Below the pieces are notes generated by a model. It was not told where the DNA came from. It searched no databases and saw only the letters and a program-made list of their open reading frames with translations. The position numbers were made by a program, and so were the translations under genes. 64,000 bases of DNA from Iphione sp. A-MEVVRFRX5 (lineage: Eukaryota): NCBI GenBank assembly GCA_976226885.1, contig OZ320317.1:74958001-75022000 (forward strand). Reading direction: 5' to 3'. Positions within the stretch are counted from its first letter, which is position 1. Each line of letters begins with the position of its first letter. Below, piece by piece: positions 35,887-49,734 of the stretch.

Positions 35887-35890
35887 CACA
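35823..35890. repeat. (GACA)n microsatellite
   Basis: Direct reading. Confidence 0.95.
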
Positions 35891-36401
35891 GAGTAGGAGC
35901 TTACGATATGGTCGGCTCAGGCAGGCAGTCAAAGTGTCAATAGGACTAAATATGTTCTCAACAAACCATTTGCCTCAATGATCTTATGTGCAAAAACATC
36001 AGGACTATGGTCAGGTCAAAAATGCAGCCATCTCACCCTGTGGTCTCTGTATCATGCATACCAAAGTGACATATCCCCTCGACAATACGGTCAAACGGGA
36101 GGATAACAAGACAGCAGACACAAATCACCGAAATAAAACAAGATTAGTACTGGTGTGGGCCTGTCAGACAGTTGCTCAATGACTTCAGTCAGCCAAACAC
36201 CTTACTTAATACATGTACATGTAAAGCTAGCTGCCCCCCAAGAGATAATGTAAAATCATTAAAACACTAGGAAAAATGGATCGAAGCATCAACGGTTAGA
36301 GGTTAAACATGATCAATTATGGTCAACTGGCTATTGCAGCCGCTTTTGCTTGGAACAAAGGGTGATTGTACTGTTGAGGTTCCACTGTCTGTATAAATAT
36401 A

Positions 36402-37263
36402 CAGGAGAACCCCACCATGCGACCAGTTGCCTAGGGCGACCAGTCGGCCAGTGCGACCAGTTTTACTAAGAACGAACCAGATTTCAGTACATTTGCTATA
36501 TGATACTATTCGCCCAGGGCGACCACTGGCTTGGGCAACCATTCGCCCATTAAGACCAGCATTTTAAGAACAAAAACGCTTGTTTGAGGGTGACTGGGGC
36601 GACCGCTGGCCCTGGTACCCAAAAATCACTATGAAAACGAGCTTTGAGGAACTCCTGTCGCGCTTGTTTGAAGGTGACCGTGGCAACCGTCGGCGACCGC
36701 CGGCCCTGATACCCAAAAATCACTATGAAAACGAACTTTGAGGAACTCCTGTCGCGCTTGTTTGAAGGTGACCGTGGCGACCGTCGGCGACCACCGGCCC
36801 TGATACCTAAAAATCACTATGAAAACGAGCTTTGAGGAACTCCTGTCACGCTTGTTTGAGGGTAACCGGGGCGACTGCCAGCCCTGATACCCAAGATTCC
36901 CCATAATATTCAGTTAATTTAGACTTCTTTTCCCCATAATATTCAGTTAATTTGGACTTTTTCCCCATAACATTCAGTTAATTTGGACTTTTCCCCCATA
37001 ATATTCAGTTAATTTGGACTTTTCCCCATAATATTCAGTTAATTTGGACTTTTTCCCCATAATATTCAGTTAATTTAGACTTCTTTTCCCCATAATATCC
37101 CCATAGAGAAGGACACATAGAGAGAGACATAGAGAGAGAGAGGGAGACAGAGAGAGGGACATAGAGAGAGAGAGGGAGCCAACCAATGCCTTAGGAGACC
37201 AGTTGCCTAATGCGACCACTTCAGCTCAGTCCCTTAGGTGGTCGCATTAGGCGGGTTCTCCTG
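36402..37263. mobile_element. 862-bp Tc1/mariner-type non-autonomous element carrying 3 x 94-bp and ~6 x 31-bp tandem arrays
   Basis: TA|CAGGAGAACCC...GGGTTCTCCTG|TA; repeated GCGACCA subterminal motifs; arrays at ~36590-36890 and 36899-37105; (GA)-rich tract. Confidence 0.85.
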
Positions 37264-37699
37264 TATATGTATACATATATATAATTTAAAAAAAATGAAT
37301 TCTTCAGTATACGAAATCAGCGCAAGGCTGTTTTTCAGTCGTCCTGCATATAGTATATGATGATATACTGTCTATAACTAAAGGCGTATTGTAGTTGCTT
37401 GTCTAGTAATAGTAAATGCAGGTGTTGACGAGATTACTGATTTCAACAATCTGAAAGGGAAGAATATGGTTAAGTACATACATAACATATTAAAGAAGAA
37501 CTAACTGATCTTCCATAGTAATTTATATACAGTGTCATTCAACAAAGGTCCTGAGGTGGTTAATTAGGAAAATCATCCATCCATCCTCTAATATTTAATT
37601 AGCGTGTTTATTCTATACTAAGAAGACTTACTTACTGGTGGGTTTCAGGATGGTCTGTCTCAGTCATAATCCATTATCATTTCATTAAATTCTTTTTAA

Positions 37700-38045
37700 A
37701 TTGTAAAATATTATCATAATCTCTTCCATGATTTTATACTATTGCAAGTCTCAATAATTTTGCGAAAGCACGTAGGTTCAAATTGTGCTTTGTTCTTGAG
37801 CTGTATTGTATAGGTGAACAGAGTGAATATTTGTACCTGCGTAATCCAGGCTTTCTTGCTTCTTTAGTTAAAATGTTAAACTGTTTCCTTAGCCGTCTTG
37901 CTTTCAATATATCATCTGGATTTCGGGTGTGTCTGGCTTTGTATCTTCCTGAGCCTCTTTCAGGTCTTAGATGTTTTTGTTATGCCATTTAGGTCTATTC
38001 AACTGTAGTTTTTGGTTTAACTGGTGCGAACTTATCTAGGGCATT
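37700..38045 (-). pseudogene. Decayed LINE ORF2 linker fragment (L2/CR1-like)
   Basis: LDKFAPVK...RPKWHN...RHTRNPDDILK.RRLRKQFNILTKEARK, read across stops and frameshifts. Confidence 0.45.
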
Positions 38046-40680
38046 CGATATTACATGTATATTCAGTATATACACACGCATACAAAATTAGTAAACTGCA
38101 GCTGCTTAGTTTGGGAAATACTGATCATGAGTATCACTTCAATGGACCACAATGATGTCGTATGACTCTCCTTTGCCAAGAGTCACGGCGTGGCACTTGC
38201 TAAAAGGCCATGACGGGAGGTCTGGGGTGGGGGTGGGTGGCGCGGCTTAATTTGCTGGCGAGGTGTGTACAGTTCAATTCATGCACTATTCAACCTAACC
38301 AAAAGAGAACTGCAACGCCGACTTCCAACGTGAGTAAAATTCATGGGGAAAAGGAAATGACGTGTAAAACTGTATGACGCCAGAGCTGGATACCACAAAG
38401 GTTGTTTCACGATGTATGATGACCCCGTAAGGCTCCACGCCCAACACGATGACAGAAAGGAACCTAACAGAGTAGCTCATTTCAAGTAGCCAGATAAAGT
38501 GAAGTGACTGAGAGAAAAAAAAGTCACACAGGGTAATCCCTGCAGAAAGCGCACTGCCAAAGAACAATATTACCTGTAACCTCTGCAGGTGTGTCGCCAG
38601 TATGGATCTGCCACCAGCTGGAGACGCGCACGTCCACCCCCTATCACGTGTGCTTGGTGGTAGTCACGGGTTACATGTTGTAGTCGACAAACAAGATTGC
38701 CACGGTCCGTGCATGATAAGAGTCAATAATGAAGTGCTGAGGCCAAGTGCTAACATAGGCTGCAAACACACGCCCAATAACTTACATAACGAACGGAGCA
38801 GACGTGTTAAGTATGAATTTAAAAAAAAAGGGACCCAACGCGGACATACATGTCTATGTACTAACGACAGGCCGTACTGAACTAAGAAAGCAAAATGCTT
38901 GCCAACATGTATATACGCTATCTACAAGGCAGTAATGGTTCTACTGATTTGACGCCCTGACCCTAACCCCCCCCCCCCGAAAAAAAAGACAAGGGGGAAA
39001 AAACAACTATATATCGTCCGAGCTATGAAACTGATAAAGACATCATATGCTTTCAGGCACGTTGTCCACTGGTCTCTACTTCCCCGCAGTTAATAATTAT
39101 GTGCATCATGGGTCTGTGAAATCCCTGACCAGAGAAATATCGATGTACAGATGAAAGATCGAAGAGGTATATGTACATGCACTTACTAAAGAGCGCTGAC
39201 AAAATTATGGACTGGAACAGGAATTCTATTGACTGAAAAATAACGTTGCAAAACTAAAAACGCATCGGTACAAAAGGAAATCGACAAGTACATGTAAAAC
39301 GTCCGTTAACTTTATAGAAGGAGTCTTTATGTAGGCTACGTTTACACTGAGCATTTTCAGCACATACATTGTACTGCCTTATCAATTGTGGCTTGTCGAT
39401 TCAAGCATCTTCTCGATACAGTCATATATCACCTCTATCTGTGGTGGTCAGTCAAACAAACCATAATTCCTTGTTTGCCAAGGAAAGGTTTATCCCGCAT
39501 CGTCTGATCCGAATGTATATTTTAATAGGGGCTGTACCCTCGTCCCGCATACTCACAAAGATCACCAGATACAGGAATTTCCGGAAAATCTGGAAACTTT
39601 TTCTGCACGTTTAGGCCCAGTTTCCATAGATGTGGGAGAGAGCAGAATGGTGTAGAGAGAGGCCGGGTGCCTTTGTATGCATCAAGCACTGTTCTGCCCG
39701 CTCACACAAGGGTATCCTTTGAGGTTGTGAGGTTGCATGGAAATATCAAGGAAAAGGATGAAAATGGACAAATTTGCGGTTAAAAAGCTCTTACTTCAAG
39801 CCAACTCAGCCGAAAAGAAAGTCTTTTTTCATGGAAACTAAGCCAAAAAACGCTTTCTAAACTGGAAACTTTGCCAAAAATAGCCTAGTTTTATGGAAAC
39901 AGCCAAATCTGTGTGGAAATGTGTGGTTAAGTGTTTAAAAGTGCGTAAGTGAAGATATATGAGGCAATATGAAAAAATCACCAAGCATGACTGTGTGTAT
40001 AGCATGCATGTGTGGAAAATTATTGGGCATGCACAGAAAAACCACACATGTTGTAGCATAGTTACACACACAAATGGTTATGCACGAATGGAACACCCTT
40101 CATTGATAACCACTGTACCAATAAATATGCAGTTTTTTTTTCAGTGGTAAAATATATACCTTTTATCCCTGCCTGCCAGATTTTTCAATACATAGCTATT
40201 TGACACAAAAATCCCTTTATTTTTCACAGATGCTCTAATGTTCTGTCTATATGTCCACTACTTGTGGCCCTCCAAGCTCTACCATTTTTTCATTTGAGTA
40301 TTTTGCCTTGTTTCGGATGGCTAGGTGTGTGTTCATGAATGCTCCTACCAGTTCTATCAAGTGGTGCTGCCATTGCACTGCATCTGTGTACCTGTCAAAT
40401 GAATGCTAGGAATTCATATTCTAACTTTAGAATAAGTGACTGTTACCTGTTGTACCCCTCCCGTAAGCTAAACTATAACTGACTGTTGTCTGCTCTGTGC
40501 CTCAAATGTGCTTTAGTTACCCAGCTAACACATAAACCAAAAATGTTACAGAAAACATTCTTAAAACGTTTCAAATGAAAGTTTGCATGTTTTTGTAACT
40601 AGATTAGAAAAACGTTTTTGGAACGATTTTTTAAAAAACTTTTTTGAACTTTCTTGAAAAAAAGCCGAGAAACCAAGGTC

Positions 40681-40782
40681 TTGGCTTGGGAGGGATTTGA
40701 ACCTGTGTCTTTGGCATTAGCAGTCTTACCCATTCATGGCCTATGTAAAGGCTGGTGTTTCTATCCACTGAGCCACAGAGGC
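40681..40782 (-). pseudogene. tRNA-derived sequence (SINE head or tRNA pseudogene)
   Basis: A box TGGCTCAGTGG and B box GGTTCAAATCC; 3' half resembles tRNA-Ile (GCTAAT..GCCAA.G...GGTTC.A.CCC). Confidence 0.5.
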
Positions 40783-40854
40783 TGGGTAAAGGTTACAGCA
40801 CCGCATCAGGTATTCCATCTAGCTTTGGCTATCCTTCCTGTTGCCCCTAAAAGT

Positions 40855-41010
40855 CTTTACACCCAGTTTTGCGTTCCCTCTAGCCTAGGTCATCCTCCTG
40901 TCGCTCTCAGAAGCACCCACACCTTGTCAGGTGTTCCTTCCAACCTTGGCTGTCCTCCTGTCGGCCTTATAACTCTCCACACCTCGTCAGGTGTTCCATT
41001 CAATAAGGGT
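40855..41010. repeat. ~60-bp tandem repeat, ~2.5 copies
   Basis: Repeated TCCTCCTGTCG and CACACCTnGTCAGGTGTTCC. Confidence 0.6.
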
Positions 41011-42111
41011 GAGTCTCAGCTGTTCTGTGGCTCCTATGACTCAAGTACTCTAGCTCACTGTCTCTCTGCCAGGAGAAACAGGTCAGATGTCTGTCCTTGC
41101 CACCACGTGGCTCTCCAATCAGTCCTACATTCTACATATGCCATGGTGGTGTGGCATCAGCCAGAGTATAGTATAATTGTGGCTGCTATGTAACTATGTA
41201 ACTGTATATTTCACACAATTACCTTACCTAGTTTCCATAGAATTTATATGCATATTTGTGTTGCGCTACTTTGTCTGCTGACGGAAAGAACCCAGTTTAA
41301 GGATCCCCTGTAGTAGTTACAGTTGTGTGCATCGTGCATGAACTAATGTCTGAATTCCTGGCTGTTAGTTTTCTTAATAAGTGAGTGTTAACCCCCACCC
41401 CAACTTTGGATTACGTCACTGTAAATTAGCAACTTTGGCATCATGGAAAAGGTTTGTTAGTCGAAATATATCAGTTTCAACTGCACAGACATGAATGTAG
41501 CAATGGTAATGTGTGTTAACCCTAATGGAACTCGTAGTATTATTAGATAATGGACCTATCGCTGACGGTTGAATAAACGGGTACTACTGACGGAACCTTT
41601 AATTGTCACAAAATTGTGGCAGTTTTAAGTAATTTGATTGGTCAATTCTCATTATGATGTCCAATTAAGTGACGTCCGCAGTACCCTTTTTTAAAACCGC
41701 TGGCGATGGGTCCAGTAAGACTACGTTTATTAACAGGATGTTACATAGTGTTGCTTTCTATAGTCTAAGTTTCTATGGAATGAAAGGACCACTTTAAATT
41801 CTAAAATTAAAGAATTCATCAGCCAGTCCCCAGCAAACATACGCTTAAACATCCAGAATAGGAAGGGATGTGCAAGGACGGTCCTCAGCTTGGAAGGGAG
41901 CAGACATGCTTTGAGAGGTAGGTGTCTAGTGTTAGTGTGAGTGGAACCCTATCCCCACTTGTGCACAATGTATAGGCAGGGCCGATGGTGTGACCAGCCT
42001 GTAACCCAAACTGAGTGGTGCCAGTTCTGAGGAAGGGGTGGTGTCCCTAACTCATGAACATTTACGTTTGTTGCACGTAAAGACCAGCACACTGGCAGGC
42101 TGCCCACCTGT

Positions 42112-42270
42112 TGTAACCCTAGTACTGGGGGGTGAGTGATATGCTTGTGAGTTTACAAACCTGTCACTTCTGGCTATACAACTGTACTGACCTACACCGG
42201 CAGAAGCCCAACTGCTGTAACCCTGGTACTGGGGGGTGAGTCACATGCTTGTGAGTTTACAAACTCGTCA
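42112..42270. repeat. 104-bp-spaced direct duplication (third partial copy at ~42700)
   Basis: TGTAACCCTnGTACTGGGGGGTGAGT..ATGCTTGTGAGTTTACAAAC at 42112 and 42216. Confidence 0.7.
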
Positions 42271-43829
42271 CTTTGGTCATGTACAATTTGGAAGACTTCC
42301 CGGTGGTGTCCCCGCATGCGGTTGAAGCAAATTTTCGTGCAGCTAGACACCGGTGGTCGGCCCAACCACTGTTGCACTGCACTGGTGGGCAAGTGACAGG
42401 TGCTCATGGACCCGTCACGCCTGGTTACACATCCACTCACACTGCACTGACACCTGTCAATCATCGTCATTTCTCTCTCAGCCAAGTTGGAGTCCGCCCG
42501 CTGTTGTTTCCCCCCGGCCCTATGTTAAATATAGCTCCAGGGGGAGGAGGGCCCTAAGGACAACTGTTTGTTGTGTGGCATCTGAAAGTACTGATCAACG
42601 CCAGCAATCCTTGACATTCGAGTGACACCCCCAGCTACTCAAGTCCGACTTCGGTCGGCAAAGACTACACGCAGCACACCGGTGGGAACCCCAGCCCACT
42701 GTAACCCTGGCGAGAGGGGGTGAGTGCACGTGCACTTCGGTACACTGCACACGCTGTTGCGTTCCTGCATTGGGCTGCCTAATCGGCGAAGCCCCGAAGT
42801 CGTCAATACGTCACCACTGAACCTGAACCTGAACCTTGGTTTTCTTAATAACTGTGAACAAGGAGCAGTGCTGTATTATTCCCTTCACATCTGGGGGGAA
42901 CATTTGCGGCTGACTGTTAGCGCACTTAATCCATAGTCCTGGAACGTTAATCCTTTCTCAGGAATAACAGCTTTCACACCTAAGCCGGCGACATTTCGAG
43001 TAATTAAACAAATGCAAATGATGTTGTCAACTCAAGGCCGACCAAAGTTTTATGTAAGTGATTTGCTGACCCAGTCAAGTGGGTTTGATCCTCTTTTTCG
43101 ATGAATGAGGTGGCTTTTACTGTAAAAATTTCGGTTGGAGAATCATTTTAGCTTTGCTGTCCCATTCAGTTAAGCCGGCTGCAGCTTTCAATGCCCTTTT
43201 GGATTATTAAATGTACACTTACGTAGGTTTGGGCTACTGGGAGATGGGCGACTTTTAAAAAAATCCACTGTATATTTGACCCTGAACTAGATATGCAGCT
43301 ATTTGCTGTTCCCCCACATCCTGGGTAGTATACTATCATCTATTATAGAGAATTAAGAGACCAGAATATCCCAGGTCCCCCCCCCCCATCCCCAAGTAGC
43401 TGAAGCATGTTAGAGGGAGGGAGGGAGGCCCCTGGCATTACCTCCATGCAAATTTTCTTGAATTCACGAAAAAAACGGGTGAACCGGACAGTTCAGGGTT
43501 ATCATGCTAGGTTGAGAGGCAGCAGGCATATATAAGCCATGTGTGTGTCAGGTCTCGTGTCCCGAACAAACTTGAGCCTCTTTCAATGTGCTACCGCGAC
43601 AGGCTGACACACTCTCCAGAGTTTCCAGCCAAGACTGCTGTGACTAGGGGTGCAGTAGCAGCAGCTACACACTCCTACAAGCCTGACTGTGACATCCCCG
43701 GACCAGACTCTACTGACCGCGGTCCAGATCCTGCCTTTACCCAACCCAGAACCACCCAGTACCACAATCCTTGCCCACAGCCCTTTTCCAGCTCATTTTC
43801 CCCATCCCAAAACGACTAAGATTTACTTT

Positions 43830-44752
43830 TTGAGAGTTTAGTATTTTTTTTACAGAACAGCCGACCTGTAGACGTGTCCACTCATCCCCGACGTTCTACG
43901 ACAAATAACCATGATGCTACGATGATTTTTACGCACAACAACAAAACCGACTCGACTTCTACTTGAAAGATTTCCTTCATATTTTACACACTTACTCTCC
44001 TAACCCTACAGTATATATCCCGTAAATCTCAACTCTCTATCTTTAACCATTCTCCTGCTATCGACATTTTCCTTCCCTGATGTGACCTCACCCGATTCCT
44101 TTGAAACTTTGTATTTACACCCTCCAGCCGGCCCGCAACACCCTCCTGCCCATTGTGAGTCGTACAGAGCAACTCATGGACCATCCCCTCAAACCCCTCG
44201 TAGCCCTTTGAAACTTCTCACACCTATCCCCCACCCCTCCCTCTACCGCACCTGTCACTGAGTGACTGGCGACCGTTTTTGTGCACTTAATTTTCTCAGC
44301 GTTTTTCTACCCTCCAGCTGGCCCGCAACAAGACCCTCTTGTCCATTTTTTGATCCATCCCCTAGTTTTCGAGTTATTCCAGTTTTTCTCCCTGACCCCT
44401 ATGTCGCCCAATCCACTCCAAACTCCAGAATCCTACCCTTAAGGTGTTTTCCCGAGTCCCCACGAAGTGTCCAAGCCCTAGCCCTGATAGGAAACCCCTG
44501 GCACCCGTTTTTCTCCATTTATTTCATTTTTTCCTACTCCCAACGTGGCCCACAGCACATCCCTTTTGTCTGTTTTTTGATCCAGCCCCTAGTTTCCAAA
44601 TTACATGTATTCCCGTTTTTCTGTCTAACCCCTAGCTCGCCCAATCCACTCCAAACTCCGGAATCCTACCCTTGAGGTGTATGAAGGTCTAGAAGTGACG
44701 ATGTAACAGAAAGATATCAATAAACTCTGTATTATGTATTATGCCAAGCAAA
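43830..44752 (+). mobile_element. Probable 3' end of a LINE with internally duplicated C-rich 3' UTR
   Basis: Decayed ORF-like start; duplicated CCCTCCAGCnGGCCCGCAACA (~44119/~44310) and CCCAATCCACTCCAAACTCCnGAATCCTACCCTT (~44407/~44640); ends AATAAACTCTG(TATTATG)2. Confidence 0.45.
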
Positions 44753-47700
44753 TGGTCTCGAGTGTGAGTGATACAACAAATTTTACTGGCTTTAAAAAGA
44801 AGACGTCTTCCATTCATGGAATGGGGAACTTCGCCGCAGGTTCAACTAAAGATGACTTCAATTCATAGAAATAATGGTCACATAGGATATTCTGGAGAGT
44901 CCAGGAATGTCCGTATATTTATTTGGGAAGGTATGAATGATAACGCGTAAACGTCAAATAGGAGGAACAAGTACATTCTCCAGGCTCTATCTTCGGTGAC
45001 CTGGGATATATGCCCATTTGGAATTCAAAGCTGTCCTACCCTTCTGGCACCCTAGATTCAGCCCCAAAAAATGGTTCATTGATAGATAAATCGGAAAACC
45101 AATAAATCGAATCAAACTGGTCGGCGTTGGCCCACTGCCCACAGACACGGCCTCTGCGGAACATCATTAGGCGAGATATTAATAGCTGCACCAATACATG
45201 TACTGGCTATCATCCCATCCTATCGTGGATTCAGGGCTGTAGTAAGCGAAGCAGGAATACTCTAAAATGGCGAATAGGATCAATCGAGCTTGAACACCTT
45301 TTAAAGCACAAGGGTGCTAGGGCCCACGTGTAAATCTAAACACTGTGGCGTTAGCGGAATGCCAGACTGCACGCCTTTGTTGCGTAAGGAGCCATCGGGT
45401 CTCGTCGGTGAGCCGTGTTGACCTTATGCTTGTTGTGACACATCACGTGGCCCGTCTTATCCAACAGGCATCGAACTCATAGCCGATCTACATTTCTGTG
45501 CTCCGACTGATGTTACCAACACAAACACGTGTATTATTACGGTCCAAGTTATTCTGCCATCAGCAGTCGTCTCAACGCGTTACCCTGCAAACAGACAGAA
45601 ATGTGTTGCTACCCCCCCTCCTCTAGTTTTGATCTTCCGCACGTAGATAAAATGTATATCACAGAAAAGTCAAAACATGTTAGAAGGCTGGAAAAAGTAT
45701 AAAATTTTGACCCGCGCTTATTTTTCTAAATGCCAGAATCAAAGTTTTCTTAATGACCTTTCAAGACCCTAAATCTGATCATATTGTTAATTCTATGATC
45801 ATGTTATTCTACATTCAGTGAAGTAGCCACATCGTTCAATTGTTGCTTCCATATGGAGTATCATTGTTACCAATGTTTCTAGGCCTTATACTTTTTTAAA
45901 GCAACATTTAAACCAGAACGGTGTCCTTTCCCTATAAATATCCTTACCACCCCCCAGTACCTTACTCGACGTTTTGTTCTGATTATATCGAGTGACTGAC
46001 TCTGACCCAAGGCTATATAGAGCCATATGATATTTTAAAAACAAATAACGAAGCACGTCGGTTCGCTGGGGCCTTTAATTGCGGGTAAATTTTCACAGGC
46101 AGACTGAAATGTCTATCAGATTTAGACCGCAGGGGATCTGGGTTCTCGGGTTGAGCATCCAGTGTTGCGAAGCAACAGGAGTTACAGTGAAAGCATTCGC
46201 AGCACTTCAAAGGTAACATCAGCAGTGTACATGCCACATCTTCGTAAGCCTTTATTTTTCAAGTATACATGGTTTCATAGCTGCGGCAGCATGTTTTCAT
46301 GAAGGGAATTGGGGACTCTGATTATTAATTAGACTGTTTCCTTGCATGCATGTAGCGTGTACCATGTCTGCAGGTAGAATGTTTTTGAACTCGAAATGAT
46401 CCCAATCTGCAATGTTTTCACAGCTGTGACACCAAGTTTTCAATGGGAACTGTGGTTATCTACCGAAGTGGTACGTGATGAACATGCTACATGCAACCAT
46501 GCAAGTATTCTGGCGGTCGCCTCAGCCTCTCCCGGTCGTATTTTTTTTTACATGTTGGAGGTGCAGACAGCCTGTCAAAACCTTGGTAACAGAAAAATAT
46601 GAAATTGTCTTCCTTTAATAGGCATACTGCTGTGTTTACTGCTTGTATCTAAGATATTTGCATGGATTAATTATTATCATAGAATGGTTTATGTTTTGTT
46701 AGAGATTTTACAAAGTGAGTGATAATGGGATAGTTTGCTATCCTTAAGCTTGCTTTAAAAAATCATCAGTTCTACATGAAATATTTATTTTACATTTTCA
46801 TGCAAATGTGTATTTATAGTTAGCATATACTTCTATAATTCTGTGAACTAGCAGTTTTAGACAGTGCATTTAATGAGTTCTGGCCTTTGAAACCAAACTG
46901 CTATGTATTGTTGCTAAGGGTTGTTTGCACTCCCCAGTTGGTTACCAGGTGAGCACACTAATGCTTCCTATAAAATTTGTAACCACTGCGACTGTCTCAA
47001 TGGTGACATGGTCCTCACTTTTCACGGTGTCATGATTGTAAAAACATGTTACATACATACATGGAAACTAAGCTAAGGTCATAAGAGCTGTAAACTTGCA
47101 ATAAGATTAAGCATCTTTCATTCTAACAAAAAGCTAAACACCAAGCACAAAGCTGAGCGTACACGAATATGGAATGGACAGCTGTTGTTGTTAGCATGTG
47201 AGGTATGCAGCGATCTGGTAATCATGGTTCTTGATCTTTTGAGGATGGAGTCCGGTGGACAGGTAAAACTAGTGCACAGGTGGAGCGCAAAAGCTATACC
47301 GGCCTCCAGACAGGTCAGATCATTTAAGTCACAAATCATGAGCAATTCTACAGTATATCGACAAAATATGAATCAAGGATATGCGTCTTATATTTCCTTC
47401 TACACCTACAGGTGCTAGAATTTAAATGTGTAAGATTTCCTATAAATTACTGCAATTCCAGTCCATATATTTTACTGAACATCGCACCCAGGGGGTCAAG
47501 TTATTATGCCGTAACATTTTATCGTTATACCAGCCTGAGGAAGAGTGCACTTCACACCCGAAAGCTATGTGAACATTACACGTCATTAAAAGCCATCTCA
47601 ACCGTATCTGACGGGTTTCTGGTCCTTTGCCATTATTACGTTACACGGTTGAAGTATGTATACGAACTCACTGTGTCGGATGCAATATTACTGTGTTTTC

Positions 47701-49690
47701 TTCCCGGAAACTAATTCTGTTTCACGCGAGTGAAGTATTTAACATAGCTACATCAATAACTGTTAGAGGGAAAGAAAAGAACATTTTTTTTTTGTTACTT
47801 CAGGTGAGTTTCTAAAAGGATTAACGCAACTCCACTTAGGGTCGACGGGGCAGAGGGACTACAAATCACTGCCTGTCATTAGCGGCCAACACTAAAGACC
47901 GGATCAATACGCACTGCACATTAGACTCACAACAGATGCATTCAGTGTATCCCCCGCCTTCTCCGGTGTAACATTTCATTATTTACCCATCGCAGTGCAG
48001 TATTGGTAAATAGTTTGTATGCAGTCCAGCTGATTTGAATATGCAAGACTCGACACCCGGCCTTAAACTGCAATATCGATTGATGTACACCTGACCCGCG
48101 GACGTCGCAGTTGAGGCGACATGCGCGCATGCATTATTGGTGCGCGGCATAAGGTATAATACTACCAGAACACACCGGCCATCAGTCTCTTCCACGGACC
48201 CACAGATACTCGTCCCAGTGACACACACTTAACTATATACGTCACCTCCTTCCAGTGCTGCTCGCGGAGCAGAGGGGACATGACTATATCTCCCACTCGC
48301 AGCCTGCAGTAGGTTGAGTTTCACCACCATTTGGAGTATATTCTCTCCTGGGGTTTCAATGCCACTGTCATATATGTATATATTATATATATATATATCT
48401 AAAGTGGAAAGGCTTGCTTAAGGCTATGTTACCCTGAATGCAAATTAAATGTTTACATCGGCGTGTGTGTGGTTGATATCAATATTTGTTTAGGCACCCT
48501 CTACGCTGCCCACTACATGGGATGTTTCCATGACTACGTGAGTGTGCCAACTTTTCCCACCAGTTTTCTTCTAGATGGATGGGAGGAATGTGCAATCTTT
48601 TTCTGCAAATGTCCTGCATTGTTCCTGAATTGCTGAAATTGTGTGGTATTTTCCTGAAAATGTGAATTTGTTGAATTTGTGCCATATTGTGATTTTTCTT
48701 TTACTTCTAATGCTACGCAAATAAAGAAATTTGAAATCATCTAAGTAGAGTAAACACATCCAATCAGACCGAAATCGATGCCCATAATATTTTTCAACCA
48801 AATTTGACGGTTGGCATCCTTAACAGGAACATAATTGTCTATGATGCGCAACGAATTATGTCCACCTTTTACCCAACAGGGACACCCTACAGAGCGACTC
48901 AGACCGATTTTACCTGTAAGTACATGTTCTTGCATGGTAAATGCCGTATTTGGCGGTATTTTCGGAGGAGTCTGCATTTCATAATGACATCCAGATGTCC
49001 GGGATGAATAAAACATCTTTGTAATCTATATGTTCACGCATGCATTTGGGTAAATATGGGCCCATGACTGAGCAGCTTCCTGCTAACGCAAGCATAAGCC
49101 TGCAAAACAGACATATGTGAACAGGTCTGTTAAACTCAATGCCCACTCATTAGTATAGTTCCACAAGTGCAACTGTTAGTGTGTGGTCACCGCATACATG
49201 TAAAAGGGGCCTAATGAATATGACTAAATGAAAGCTGTGGAGTTCAATCTAGATGAAAATAACGTTAACCATAAGAAAGGACTCAGTCCACTCAGGCTGC
49301 CAGACCTGCGATACATCATCTCGATAACTTTAGAACAATTATTTTATATTTGTACAGTTTCCAAGGAATCGAAACCAAATCCCGAAAAACTGGACCATTT
49401 TTAACCATGTAGATGATGGGTAATCCTGTCGAAATACACAAACGCTAAGAACACATCTGCTGTCCTCGACCCTTAACCCAGCGTTTATTTTTAGACAAGA
49501 CTTTTTTGTTGCATCGGGGTCGTGAGCGGTGAACTAGCCACCATTATCATGGTGCCACCACGGGACAGGTACCTTCACAGCTACTTCCCATGATAATCGA
49601 CTCATACTTACAAAGCTATAACATTCTTTTAAAAGGACGAGAGCGATAGCTATTCCCCTTTGCGCGTGCGTGCGTTCGTGTGCGTGCGTG

Positions 49691-49692
<2 letters not shown>

Positions 49693-49732
<40 letters not shown>
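49693..49732. repeat. (TG)n microsatellite
   Basis: Direct reading. Confidence 0.95.

Positions 49733-49734
<2 letters not shown>

Noticed and set aside
48100-48320. CpG-rich patch with GCGCATGC and ATTGG (possible promoter; similar motif at ~23515)
   Set aside because: Short motifs only, with no linked gene in the window.
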